Origin: Gammaproteobacteria bacterium
GTDB lineage: Bacteria; Pseudomonadota; Gammaproteobacteria; Steroidobacterales; Steroidobacteraceae
NCBI GenBank assembly: GCA_010027845.1
Contig: RGUL01000004.1
Coordinates: forward strand, 1,810 to 65,809
DNA length: 64,000 bases
Direction of reading: 5' to 3'
Part shown: in pieces, positions 9,457-19,002 of the stretch
Layout of the letters: each line of letters begins with the position of its first letter
Position numbering within the stretch: position 1 is the first letter of the stretch
Notes under the pieces: model-generated
Told to the model about the DNA's origin: nothing
Databases searched by the model: none
The model's input: the letters and a program-made list of their open reading frames with translations, nothing else
Position numbers and translations under genes: made by a program

Positions 9457-10523
9457 CGCAAGCGCGCGATCAGCGTCAGCGCGACGACCGCCATCAACAC
9501 GGGCGGAATCCACGCAAACAACAACGGGCTGTAGCCGAAGACGCGCACGCTGCTTTCGAGCAAGTTCTGCAGCATGAAGAACGCCAGCCCGAGCACCAAC
9601 CCGGTGCCGATCCAAGAACCCGTACTCGCCGAACGTAGCGATCCGAATACGAACGGGAATGCGAGCAACACGGAAAAGAACGCGGCGACGATGCGGGCGA
9701 TACGCGACCACATCACGTAGCGTGCCTCGCGGGCATCGAGACCGTTGTCCTGTAAATGGCTGATCACCCGCCACAACGTCACGGTCGACAACTGACTCGG
9801 TTCCGATGCTGCGATGCCGAGAAACTCCGCGCCGATTTTCGAAGTGATCACGCGATTCGGCGCTCGGATCGCCTCGACTCGTTCACCGTCGAAGCGCGAT
9901 TCGGCGAACGGCTCCAACGACCAGCGTCCCGTACCATCGGCGCGGGCCGTCACGGCTCGCCCGATCGAGCGCAGCGCATTATCCGGGCCGAGTTCGAACA
10001 ACATCATGCCGCCGAACTGCGCTTTGCCGGTTTGTCGCTCGACGGTCAGGATCACGTTCCCGTCGCGCGCCCAGGACTCGTGCGAGCCCCCCAAATCGAC
10101 GTTGGGAAATTTCGCAAACGCTTTGGCCTGGCGGGCGAGTTGCACCGCGGGCGGCGCCACGAGCTCGGTCATCGTGAAACCGAACAACATCAGCAACACG
10201 CCAGACGACATCACCGCTCGGGCGAGTCGCCATGGCGAGAAACCCGCGGTTCGCAACACCGTCAACTCACTGCCCCGTGCCAAATTACCGAGCGCGAGCA
10301 AGGCACCGATGAGCGCGGTGATCGGTAGCAGCTCCCAGACCTGTTGCGGCAGGTTCAAACAGACGAACAGCAACGCATCGGCCGTCGTGTAGCGACCAAT
10401 ACCGATGTCGTCTTGTTGCTCCATGAACAGAAACAATCCACCGAGCACGAGCACGATGGCGCCGACGAGGCCCACGCCACGCAGAATCGTGCCGATGATG
10501 TAGCGGTCTACCGTCTTGATCAT
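9453..10523 (-). CDS. lptG: LptF/LptG-family LPS export permease (closest to LptG)
   Basis: N-terminus DRYIIGTIL. GRYTTADALLFVCLNLPQQVWELLPITALIGALLALGNLARGSELTVLRTAGFS matches the conserved LptG block. About six TM segments with a periplasmic insert. Confidence 0.6.
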   Translation of the reverse strand: MIKTVDRYIIGTILRGVGLVGAIVLVLGGLFLFMEQQDDIGIGRYTTADALLFVCLNLPQQVWELLPITALIGALLALGNLARGSELTVLRTAGFSPWRLARAVMSSGVLLMLFGFTMTELVAPPAVQLARQAKAFAKFPNVDLGGSHESWARDGNVILTVERQTGKAQFGGMMLFELGPDNALRSIGRAVTARADGTGRWSLEPFAESRFDGERVEAIRAPNRVITSKIGAEFLGIAASEPSQLSTVTLWRVISHLQDNGLDAREARYVMWSRIARIVAAFFSVLLAFPFVFGSLRSASTGSWIGTGLVLGLAFFMLQNLLESSVRVFGYSPLLFAWIPPVLMAVVALTLIARLR

Positions 10524-10665
10524 GTGCCAGGGATTTTGCGCTTTTTCGCAAGGCGCTGCGACTTTCCCTTAGCGCGCGAAGCGCGCCACCGCACCGTGAT
10601 CCGGACGGCATCGGGCTAACGTCGTTGCGCAAAACCTCCATCGAAACGGTGCCGGAGTCGAAGCG

Positions 10666-11652
10666 ATGCGTAGACCGAAATTGCTCCTATCTTCCCTCCT
10701 CGTAGCCTGCGTCCTCACCGCCTGCCGCTTCGACTCTACCGATACGGCCACACCGACGCCCGGCAGTGGCTTGACGATCGATCTCACCGATGCGCCAGTC
10801 GACGATGCGCTCGAAGTCGTCGTGGTCTTTACGGGTATCGAAGTACAACCGGAAGCCGGTGGTCCGCCGATCGTCATCGATCTGCCGTCTCCGAAATCGA
10901 TCGATCTTTTGAAATACCGCAACGGCGCGACTGCTAACCTCGTCGCTGGCGCGAACGTGCCCGCCGGTCGTTACCTTTGGCTGCGACTCATGCTGCGTGC
11001 CGAGCAAAATTTACAGAGCGGCTCGTACATTCGTCTGCTCGACGGTCGGCAATTTCCACTCTACATCCCGAGCGGCAGCGAAACCGGACTCAAACTCGTA
11101 CGTGGCTTCACGGTGGCGCAAGGCGCGATCACAAAACTTTTGATCGACTTCGACTTGCGGAAATCTTTGGTGGCGCCACCCGGACAGCAGCCGAACTGGT
11201 TCTTGAAGCCCGCCTTGCGTCTGATCGACGAATTGCAGGTGGGAACGGTGAGCGGCACGGTAGACTTATCGGCGCTGGCGACCGCAACGGGCGCCACGAC
11301 GGCAACCTGCAAAGCGGGCATTTACGTCTTCAACGGTGCAAACGCCACACCCGACGACATGGACGGCAAGGCGTCGGACGGTGCCGATCCGATCGTCTAC
11401 TTCCCCGTCACACCAGCGGCCGGCGGCAGCACCGCAACCTATTCCATTCCGCTGCTCGAGGTCGGCGCGTACACGATCGCAGCCACGTGCCAATTCGACG
11501 TCGATGCGGATCCTAGCGTCAGCGAATACGATCCGACCGCGACGGCACCGGCGCCCGGCGCACCTACACCGCCCGGATATCAGACCATGAAATTCGCGAC
11601 GCGCAACGCGAGCATCACCAACGGTGGCACGACGACCGTCAATTTGCCCTGA
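10666..11652 (+). CDS. DUF4382-like lipoprotein
   Basis: Lipobox LTAC. LTIDLTDAPVDDALEVVVVFTGIEVQ...IDLLKYRNG...GRYLWLRLML is the typical DUF4382 N-terminal pattern. Confidence 0.65.
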   Translation: MRRPKLLLSSLLVACVLTACRFDSTDTATPTPGSGLTIDLTDAPVDDALEVVVVFTGIEVQPEAGGPPIVIDLPSPKSIDLLKYRNGATANLVAGANVPAGRYLWLRLMLRAEQNLQSGSYIRLLDGRQFPLYIPSGSETGLKLVRGFTVAQGAITKLLIDFDLRKSLVAPPGQQPNWFLKPALRLIDELQVGTVSGTVDLSALATATGATTATCKAGIYVFNGANATPDDMDGKASDGADPIVYFPVTPAAGGSTATYSIPLLEVGAYTIAATCQFDVDADPSVSEYDPTATAPAPGAPTPPGYQTMKFATRNASITNGGTTTVNLP

Positions 11653-11718
11653 CCGGCGCGCACGCGCGCGGCATCGAACGCGCTAACATCGACCCCTGCA
11701 CTCAAAGGGGGGATCGGG

Positions 11719-12252
11719 TTGACTTCGAAGCATGCCGTCACGCTGCTATTGATCGGCGCGTATTTTTTGCTCGTGCTCGTCAGCCTGCGGCGTCGAGGCC
11801 GAGAAATCTCGGGGCCTTGGTGGTTTTTACTACGCAGTTTCTTCCCGAATTGGCGCTTTTATCACGACGTCGGCCATCAACCTCGACTGTTTCTCCGTCA
11901 TCGAACGTCCGACGGTAATTGGTCGGACTGGTCGATGTTCCTACCTCGTGCACGGTTTCGATTGCGCGACCTACTGCATAACCCGATCAATAATCTCGAA
12001 CTCGCCCGACAAAATCTCGTCGATCATTTGAGCGCCGACATTCACACCCTCGCCGATGACGCCGATGCCGGACGGTTGGTCTCTTATCGCCTCGTCGACC
12101 GGCTCGCGCACGAACTTCTGCAGCGCGAGTCGGCATCGAAAATCGGCGATCCACCGATCGCCTATCAATTCGAAGTGCGCTTGATCCCACCTCTCGCCCC
12201 TGCGACCGATGCCGTCACCGTCCTGACTTCGCCGGAGCGAGCATGGACTTGA
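11719..12252 (+). CDS. Small membrane-anchored protein, possibly SdpA-like
   Basis: TTG start with GGGGGGA at 11707-11713. One N-terminal TM segment, then the FFPNWRFY motif. Overlaps the next gene by 10 nt. Confidence 0.35.
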   Translation: MTSKHAVTLLLIGAYFLLVLVSLRRRGREISGPWWFLLRSFFPNWRFYHDVGHQPRLFLRHRTSDGNWSDWSMFLPRARFRLRDLLHNPINNLELARQNLVDHLSADIHTLADDADAGRLVSYRLVDRLAHELLQRESASKIGDPPIAYQFEVRLIPPLAPATDAVTVLTSPERAWT

Positions 12253-13040
12253 GCTCGCTACCGACGGCGGTCAAAACGTTCGAATGCCTCGGTGCAATCA
12301 GTCTGTTGATTCAAACGGCTGAGTTTTTGCGACTGCGGCCTGCGACGGCCGTCACCGGTGTCTGGTCGTGGCCGATCCAACGGGCCGATCTTGCACACGC
12401 CTCGGCGTCGACGCAGCGTGTGTTCGACGCTTTATTCGACGATGCGCTCGTTCATGCCCATCTTTGGCTGCGCGCCTTGATGGCCGCCAGCTTGTTCTTC
12501 GGCAGCACGACGCTGACCGCCGCCTTCCTGTTCGCGAGCGGCATCGTGATCCTCATCCGTTGGCGAGGTGCGTTCAACGGCGGCAGCGACTTCATGACGC
12601 TGGTATTCGCCACCGCATTACTCATCGGAAACCTCGCGACGCCGTTCTTCGGCGAGACGCTCGCCTGGAAAGCAGCGCTTTGGTACGGATGTATCCATGC
12701 GGTGACCTCGTACTTCATCTCGGGCGCTATCAAATTATTCTCGGTTCGTTGGCGTAACGGCACTGCGCTGACGCATTTCCTTGACGGCGGCATCTACGGC
12801 CCACTACCCGCGCACAGTTCGTTCAGGCGTCCGGTCGTGGCGGTCGTCTGCTCTTGGGCCTTCATCTTATGGGAATTCGCCTTTCCGCTCGCTTTGCTCG
12901 ACCCTCGACATGCGCTGGTCTGGTGCGCTGTCGCCGGCGGGTTTCACGTGCTCGTGTTTCGCTACTTCGGCTTGAATCGGTTTTTTTGGGCATGGCTGAC
13001 GATGTTTCCTGCCATCATTCATTGCGCCGGTCAGTGGTGA
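12243..13040 (+). CDS. HTTM-domain (vitamin-K carboxylase-like / SdpB-like) polytopic membrane protein
   Basis: Multiple TM segments. NGGSDFMTLV, YFISGAIKLFSVRWRNGTALTHFLDG and GFHVLVFRYFGLNRFFWAWLTMFP match HTTM hallmark blocks (from memory). Confidence 0.5.
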   Translation: MDLSSLPTAVKTFECLGAISLLIQTAEFLRLRPATAVTGVWSWPIQRADLAHASASTQRVFDALFDDALVHAHLWLRALMAASLFFGSTTLTAAFLFASGIVILIRWRGAFNGGSDFMTLVFATALLIGNLATPFFGETLAWKAALWYGCIHAVTSYFISGAIKLFSVRWRNGTALTHFLDGGIYGPLPAHSSFRRPVVAVVCSWAFILWEFAFPLALLDPRHALVWCAVAGGFHVLVFRYFGLNRFFWAWLTMFPAIIHCAGQW

Positions 13041-13067
13041 CCGGAGGTTTTCGGTTACCATCCGCTC

Positions 13068-13697
13068 ATGTACCGCAAAGCCCCGGGCGTTCCCGGTCGA
13101 ACCTGGTGGCAGAGACTGACGTCGCGCAGCGCGCGCCGTGCGGCCAAACGTGATTTTTTATTCGCTTCTCTGCCGACCGACGGCGTAGCGATCGAAGTTG
13201 GCGTTTTCGACGGCGATTTCTCTGAGCGGATCCTGCACTTCAACCGACCGCGAATCCTGCATCTCGTCGATCCTTGGTTCCTCGCCGCGGACGGCAGCTT
13301 GATCGACGGTCCGACCCAACAATTCGCCTCGACCAGCGAAGCAGCGGCAAGTCTGGAAGATCAATACCAAAAAATTCTCGCTCGGTTTGCCGATCAGATT
13401 GCGGCGGGGCGCATCGTCGTGCACCGAATGCTGTCGCACGACGCAGCGCAGCTCTTCGGCGATGAGCATTTCGATTGGGCGTACGTGGATGCGAGCCACT
13501 TCTATGACGACGTGCGGCGCGATCTCGAGGCTTTTTGGCCAAAGATCAAACGCGGCGGTCACATGCTAGGCGACGATTACGGGCGCCGCGGCATCTGGGA
13601 ACACGGCGTCACACGCGCCGTCGATGAATTCCGCAAGCGCGCGGACGTCGAGACGCTGGCGCTACGTAATCACCAATTTTTGATCAAAAAACGTTGA
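13068..13697 (+). CDS. Class I SAM-dependent methyltransferase
   Basis: IEVGVFDGDFS (motif I-like) and DWAYVDASHFYDDV...LKPGG-like KRGGHMLGDDY. Confidence 0.65.
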   Translation: MYRKAPGVPGRTWWQRLTSRSARRAAKRDFLFASLPTDGVAIEVGVFDGDFSERILHFNRPRILHLVDPWFLAADGSLIDGPTQQFASTSEAAASLEDQYQKILARFADQIAAGRIVVHRMLSHDAAQLFGDEHFDWAYVDASHFYDDVRRDLEAFWPKIKRGGHMLGDDYGRRGIWEHGVTRAVDEFRKRADVETLALRNHQFLIKKR

Positions 13698-13728
13698 ATG
13701 CGATGATTTGCACTGGTCGAGCAACTTC

Positions 13729-14994
13729 TCAGCTCGCAGGTGGCATGAACATTAGCGTCGACGGTTGCCGCTCGCGCTGCAATCGCGCAGCGACTTTTTC
13801 CGCCTCACTCCACGCACGCAGCAGATTCTCACCTGCCAGTTTGCGTAACTCGGCGTCGGTCCAACCCCGACGGATGAGCTCTGCGAATAGTTGCGGATAG
13901 CCTGCAACGTCTTCCAAGCCCTCGGGCCACCACTCGTTACCGTCGTAGTCGCCGCCGATTCCGACATGGTCGACGCCGGCGACGTTGCGGATGTGTTCGA
14001 TATGGTCTGCGACCATCGCGATCGTCGTCTTCGGTAATTTGATCGCTGCGTAGCCTTCGCGTCGCACGCGCTCGGCGTCCTCGGGCGTCGCCGCGGCCCG
14101 CGCGCGCAAACCGATTTCGGCGAGCGCGGGCGTGAGCACTTTGTCGACGTCACAATTGATGAAGTTCGCTACGAACGTCACCATCACCACACCGCCGTTC
14201 TGCGGCAGCTTTTGCAAGATGTCATCCGGCACGTTGCGCGGCACGTTGCAAACGGCGCGCGCCGACGAGTGCGAAAAGATCACCGGCGCTTGCGCCACGC
14301 GTAACGCATCGCTCATCGTGCTAGGCGCGGCGTGCGAGAGATCGACCAGCATGCCTAGTCGATTCATCTCGCGAACGACTTCTTCGCCGAACGGCGTCAA
14401 ACCTTTGTTACGCGGTTGCAGCGGCGCAGCAGCATCCGCCCAATCGAGATGTGCGTTGTGGGTGAGCGCCATGTAGCGCACGCCGAGGTCGTAATAGGCG
14501 CGGAGCGCGCCGATCGAATTTTCGAGACCGTAACCACCCTCCATGCCGAGCATAGAGGCGATTTTCCCGGCGCGTTTGGCACGCCGCACGTCGGCGACCG
14601 AGCCGGCGAACATCAACGCGTCCGGATATCGCTCGATCATTCGCCGCGCGATGTCGATTTGTTCGAGTTGCTGCTTAGCGTACGGACCACTTCCCTCGCC
14701 CGGAATGTAGACCGACCAAAATTGCGCACCGAGCCCACCGGCCCGCAAGCGTGCGAGGTCCGTGTCCCCTTTTGTCTTAACGCGCAGATCGTAGGCCGCG
14801 ACATCCGACGGTGCTGCGGCGTTACGCTTGATCGCCATCGGTAAATCGTTGTGGCCGTCGATCAAAATCGCCGAGGCCAACACGGCGCGCGCATGCCGCA
14901 AAGCGGCATCTTCATCGCCCGCAGCGATCGCGGTGATCGAGAATAGTGACAAAAGAGCGGCGAGCGCTGGCGCGAGGTGAGTTTTGGTGTTCAT
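13729..14994 (-). CDS. Secreted membrane dipeptidase (peptidase M19)
   Basis: IDGHNDLP, LTHNAHLDWAD, SHSSARA and GIGGDYDG motifs. Start moved to ATG 14994, which gives signal peptide MNTKTHLAPALAALLSLFSITAIAAGD. Confidence 0.85.
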   Translation of the reverse strand: MNTKTHLAPALAALLSLFSITAIAAGDEDAALRHARAVLASAILIDGHNDLPMAIKRNAAAPSDVAAYDLRVKTKGDTDLARLRAGGLGAQFWSVYIPGEGSGPYAKQQLEQIDIARRMIERYPDALMFAGSVADVRRAKRAGKIASMLGMEGGYGLENSIGALRAYYDLGVRYMALTHNAHLDWADAAAPLQPRNKGLTPFGEEVVREMNRLGMLVDLSHAAPSTMSDALRVAQAPVIFSHSSARAVCNVPRNVPDDILQKLPQNGGVVMVTFVANFINCDVDKVLTPALAEIGLRARAAATPEDAERVRREGYAAIKLPKTTIAMVADHIEHIRNVAGVDHVGIGGDYDGNEWWPEGLEDVAGYPQLFAELIRRGWTDAELRKLAGENLLRAWSEAEKVAARLQRERQPSTLMFMPPAS

Positions 14995-15048
14995 GCGCCG
15001 CAGTGTCGCGTACGCTCCGGGCACTCTGCAACCGGTTAACATGCACCC

Positions 15049-16461
15049 ATGAACGAACTGCGACGTGGGCTCGGGCTGTGGGGCGGTATCGCGGTCAACG
15101 TCGGTAACGTCATCGGCACCGGGGTGTTTCTCAAGACCCGCGTGATGACTTGCAACGTCGAGGATCCGCTGCTGGTGATGCTTGTTTGGGTAGCCGCAGG
15201 CTTGCTGTCCTTGCTCGGTGCCCTCTGCTACGCCGAATTATCAGCCGGGATGCCGGCCGCAGGCGGCGACTACGTCTTTCTGCGGCGCGCGTACGGTCGC
15301 CCCGCGAGCTTTCTCTACGGTTGGACGGTATTTGCGATCATGAAGACCGGCTCGCAAGCTGCCCTCGCCGTCGGATTCGCGATTTTCGTCAACGCGATCT
15401 CGAACGGCGCGCTCGATTCCACCTGGTTCACTTTGCCGGTGGCCGATGGCATCGCCGTCCGCGGTTTGACGATCGTCGCCCTCGGGGCGCTGTGGTTCGT
15501 GACGCTCATCAACTGTGCCTCGATCGGCGCCACCGGCAGCATCGCGACGTTGTTGACTGCCGCAAAAGTCGTCGCGGTCGCTGCGATCGGCCTCGCCGCA
15601 TTCGCCTTCGGCACCGGTGATCTCGGTCATTTCTTCGATTCCGCTGCAGGTGGGCGCTGCGAGGGTGTTCAACAAAGCGCGATCGGCGGCATCGCCGGCT
15701 TCGGTGCTGCGATGCTGGGCGCGATGTGGGCTTACGACGGCTGGAACAACGTCGCGCCCTTGTGCGGTGAAGTCAAAGATCCACAAAAAAATCTACCGCG
15801 CATTTTCGTCGGTAGCACGCTGCTCGTGATCGCGCTCTATGTCGGCATCAATGCCGCCTATTTTTATGTCATGTCGCCAACACATATTGCCGATGTCTCG
15901 GCCACCTCGTCGGTCGCCACCGAAGTCGTGCGATTATTCGCAGGGCCGATCGCCGTCACGCTGATGGCGGCGGTGCTGATGACATCGTCGCTGGGTTCCT
16001 TGCACGCGTCCGTACTCGCCAATTCGCGCGTACCGTACGCCATGGCGAAGGACGGACTGTTCTTCGCGCCGCTGTCGCGGTTATCGACGCGCACACGAGT
16101 GCCGGTGAACGCCGTGCTCGCGCAGGCGAGCTGGGCGAGCGTACTGGCGATCTCCGGCAGCTACGACACGCTCACCGATTCGGTCGTCTTCGCGTCCTGT
16201 CTGTTCTACGCACTAGCCGCTGGAGCGGTGTGGGTACTACGGCGCAAGGAGCCCGATCTACCGCGGTCGTTCAAAACCTGGGGTTATCCGTACACCCCGC
16301 TCGCGTTCGTGCTGGTGTCGTTCGCATTACTCGTTAACGCGCTGGTCGCTACGCCGACACAAGCGTTGCTCGGCATCGGCGTCGTGTTACTCGGTCTACC
16401 GTTTTATTGGTTTTGGAGTCGACGGACTGCCGGGGATCACGACTTGCGTTCAGATCGGTAG
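15049..16461 (+). CDS. APC-family amino acid permease
   Basis: About 12 TM segments. N-terminal GNVIGTGVFL and the overall APC pattern. Confidence 0.85.
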   Translation: MNELRRGLGLWGGIAVNVGNVIGTGVFLKTRVMTCNVEDPLLVMLVWVAAGLLSLLGALCYAELSAGMPAAGGDYVFLRRAYGRPASFLYGWTVFAIMKTGSQAALAVGFAIFVNAISNGALDSTWFTLPVADGIAVRGLTIVALGALWFVTLINCASIGATGSIATLLTAAKVVAVAAIGLAAFAFGTGDLGHFFDSAAGGRCEGVQQSAIGGIAGFGAAMLGAMWAYDGWNNVAPLCGEVKDPQKNLPRIFVGSTLLVIALYVGINAAYFYVMSPTHIADVSATSSVATEVVRLFAGPIAVTLMAAVLMTSSLGSLHASVLANSRVPYAMAKDGLFFAPLSRLSTRTRVPVNAVLAQASWASVLAISGSYDTLTDSVVFASCLFYALAAGAVWVLRRKEPDLPRSFKTWGYPYTPLAFVLVSFALLVNALVATPTQALLGIGVVLLGLPFYWFWSRRTAGDHDLRSDR

Positions 16462-17175
16462 GTTCGGTAGCGCGTGGAACGCATGCCGCAAACTTTCCCC
16501 CCAACTACTTCGAATCATTGCGAAATACTCGTCTTCGGGGCCGATACTGCGGTGGAGGTGCACCCGTAAGGCATCGCGCTTCAAACATAGTAGGTCGAGG
16601 GGCAAGCCCACTGAAATATTTGATCGAATCGTCGAATCCATGGAAATCAGCGAGCACTTGATCGCCTCTGCGAGACTCGACGAGCGTGTCAGCACACGAT
16701 CGAGAATAGGCTTACCGTACTTCGATTCACCGATCTGAAAATACGGCGTCTCGTTGGTCGCTTCGATGAAATTACCGGCGGCGTAGACACTGAAAAGCCG
16801 GGGCTCCGCGCCACTAATCTGCCCGCCCAAAATGAACGAGGCATTGAATTCTATACCGTGATTTTTGAACGCTTCGGCGTCGCGCTCGTGAACTTTACGA
16901 ATCGCCGCTCCGACCAATGCAGCAGCATCGAACATCGAACCGACGGTGTACAGACTCGGTCTTTCGGGATGTCGGATTTCTTCGTCGAGCTCGTGAACCA
17001 CTGCCTGCGACACCGCGAGATTGCCAGCCGTCAGCAATACTAAGGCGCGATCGTTCGGCCGCTCGAAGACGTGCATCTTACGAAACGTGTTGATGTGGTC
17101 GACACCGGCATTGGTACGGGAGTCCGATAGGAACACCATTCCGGTGTCGAGTAAGGTTGCGATGCAGTAAGTCAT
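16450..17175 (-). CDS. Proteasome-type peptidase (Anbu, ancestral beta-subunit homologue)
   Basis: Start moved to ATG 17175, which gives MTYCIATLLDTGMVFLSDSRTN with Thr directly after Met (Ntn nucleophile). Last gene of the ATP-grasp/alpha-E/transglutaminase operon. Confidence 0.75.
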   Translation of the reverse strand: MTYCIATLLDTGMVFLSDSRTNAGVDHINTFRKMHVFERPNDRALVLLTAGNLAVSQAVVHELDEEIRHPERPSLYTVGSMFDAAALVGAAIRKVHERDAEAFKNHGIEFNASFILGGQISGAEPRLFSVYAAGNFIEATNETPYFQIGESKYGKPILDRVLTRSSSLAEAIKCSLISMDSTIRSNISVGLPLDLLCLKRDALRVHLHRSIGPEDEYFAMIRSSWGESLRHAFHALPNLPI

Positions 17176-17200
17176 GACCGATTTTACTGTGCACCAGTCT

Positions 17201-18049
17201 CTATTGTTGAGCGTCGCGCTGCTGCAGCAACCGCGGACGTGGCGCGACCGTCCGTCGCGGGCCGGTGCCCTCGAACACCTCCACCTTGGCTGACATCGAT
17301 TCCGCGCCGCCCCCACGCCGCACCCCACGCACCGGGCAAGCGTCGAGGTAGTCACGGCCGACCGCGAGACGGCAATGTTGTGGACCGGCTAGCGTTCCGT
17401 TCGTGACGTCCACCGAACACCAATGCTGCGCCTGCTCGAGCCATACGTCGACCCAGGCGTGGCTGGCGACGTGATCGTCGCGGTCGGTTAATAGGTAGCC
17501 GCTGACGTATCGCGCAGGCAGACCGAGCGCGCGACTACACGCGAGCATCACGTGTGCGTGATCCTGGCAGACACCGCGGCCCAACGCGAAGGCATGCGCT
17601 GCCGTATCGAACACCGCCGTTGCACCGGCCACGTAGTCGAGCGTCTCACGGATTCGCAACGCGAGCTTAATTACGTCGTCTTGATCGAACCCCGAACGGC
17701 GCGATCCGGCGAACGCCCTCAACGCCTCGTCGGCTCGCGTCAGTACGGTCTCCGGAAGATAGACGAGCGGCGAAAGTGAGTGCGCCGCTAACGCGGCCGC
17801 GGTCGGTTCCGTCTCGACGACGCCAGCGACCAATATTTGAATTTCGTCATGCGGCTCGTCGATCGTCAACAGGTGCATGACGTTGCCGTGGGCATCGACT
17901 TGTTGAGCCTGCTTACCGGGCGCCGAGAGAGTCCAATTCTGTACCCGTTGACCGGCGTCGGCACGGGGCGTCAAACGTAGGCTTTGCACGCTGTGCCGTA
18001 CCGGGCGGTCGTAGCGATAGAGAGTTTCGTGTCGGATTTGCAGCAACAT
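17201..18049 (-). CDS. Transglutaminase-family protein
   Basis: Start moved to ATG 18049 (MLLQIRHETLYRYDRPV, the typical N-terminus). Catalytic GRGVCQDHAH motif. The longer ORF-track N-terminus overlaps the alpha-E gene. Confidence 0.85.
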   Translation of the reverse strand: MLLQIRHETLYRYDRPVRHSVQSLRLTPRADAGQRVQNWTLSAPGKQAQQVDAHGNVMHLLTIDEPHDEIQILVAGVVETEPTAAALAAHSLSPLVYLPETVLTRADEALRAFAGSRRSGFDQDDVIKLALRIRETLDYVAGATAVFDTAAHAFALGRGVCQDHAHVMLACSRALGLPARYVSGYLLTDRDDHVASHAWVDVWLEQAQHWCSVDVTNGTLAGPQHCRLAVGRDYLDACPVRGVRRGGGAESMSAKVEVFEGTGPRRTVAPRPRLLQQRDAQQ

Positions 18050-18051
18050 GG

Positions 18052-19002
18052 TCAGACCGTCGCCGCCGACACCAAGAAATCCTCGCCGATCCGCGCACCG
18101 AGATCGCTCGTTTTGTTCAAGAACTCCTCTAAGTACCGACCCAGCCCCGACGTCAACACCTCGTCGATGCGACCGTATTGCAAACTCGCCTGGATCTCCC
18201 CGGCGCGTCGCAGTGTTTCGACCGATCGGACGTTTGCAACCTTCACCAATATTGCGTGTACGCGACTCATGCTGTGATGCAGTGAACGTGGCATGCCATC
18301 GCGCAACATCAACAACTCCGCAACACGCCGCGGCGTGATCACGTCGCGATACACCTTTCGATAGATCTCGAAAGCCGACACCGAACGCAACAACGCGCTC
18401 CACTCGTAATAGTCTGCGGCGTCATCATATTTTGATGCATCGTCGGCGAACGAGGCGAAATGAGCATCTAAGATGCGCGCCGTGTTGTCGGCGCGCTCCA
18501 GGTAGGTGCCGAGTCGAGTGAAGTCGAGCGCATCGTCATGCAGCATCGTACCCTCGATCACGCCACGCGCGAGATGCGAGCGAAATTTCACCCACTCGAA
18601 AAAATTCGTAATTCCCTGCACCGAAACCGAATCGCGTCTAAACCCGCGGATTTCGAGCCAGGTCGCATTGAGCGTTTCCCAAGTCTCTGACGTTAGCGTA
18701 CCGCGCACGGCATGGGCATTTTGCCGCGCGCGGTCTAAGCATTGTTCGATGCTGCCCGGGTTGGCGGGCTCGAAACTGATCCAGTCGATCGCTGCCGGTT
18801 GGCTTACGGATTGATGAGTCAATAGAAATGGCTGTAGCTGCCCAACGATCGCGAGCGTCGACGTCCAACGACGACGGACGGCTTCGTCCTCTTGACGCAA
18901 CAACGTCATACGGCAGTTGACGTCTAGCATGCGAGCGAGGTTTTCAGCGCGCTCGGTATAACGAGCCATCCAATATAGATGGTCTGCGGTGCGGCTCAGC
19001 AT
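18052..19002 (-). CDS. Alpha-E domain protein
   Basis: MLSRTADHLYWMARYTERAENLARMLDV is the canonical alpha-E N-terminus. Start at 19002 (or 19014). Confidence 0.85.
   Translation of the reverse strand: MLSRTADHLYWMARYTERAENLARMLDVNCRMTLLRQEDEAVRRRWTSTLAIVGQLQPFLLTHQSVSQPAAIDWISFEPANPGSIEQCLDRARQNAHAVRGTLTSETWETLNATWLEIRGFRRDSVSVQGITNFFEWVKFRSHLARGVIEGTMLHDDALDFTRLGTYLERADNTARILDAHFASFADDASKYDDAADYYEWSALLRSVSAFEIYRKVYRDVITPRRVAELLMLRDGMPRSLHHSMSRVHAILVKVANVRSVETLRRAGEIQASLQYGRIDEVLTSGLGRYLEEFLNKTSDLGARIGEDFLVSAATV

Noticed and set aside
17201-18403. Long N-terminal extensions offered by the ORF track. Examples are transglutaminase to 18403, Anbu to 17355, esterase to 6537, PCuAC from 21448, 31612..32439, and lipoprotein 26579..28459.
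   Set aside because: The extensions are Arg-rich and overlap the upstream gene. Internal starts give canonical family N-termini or clean signal peptides or lipoboxes.
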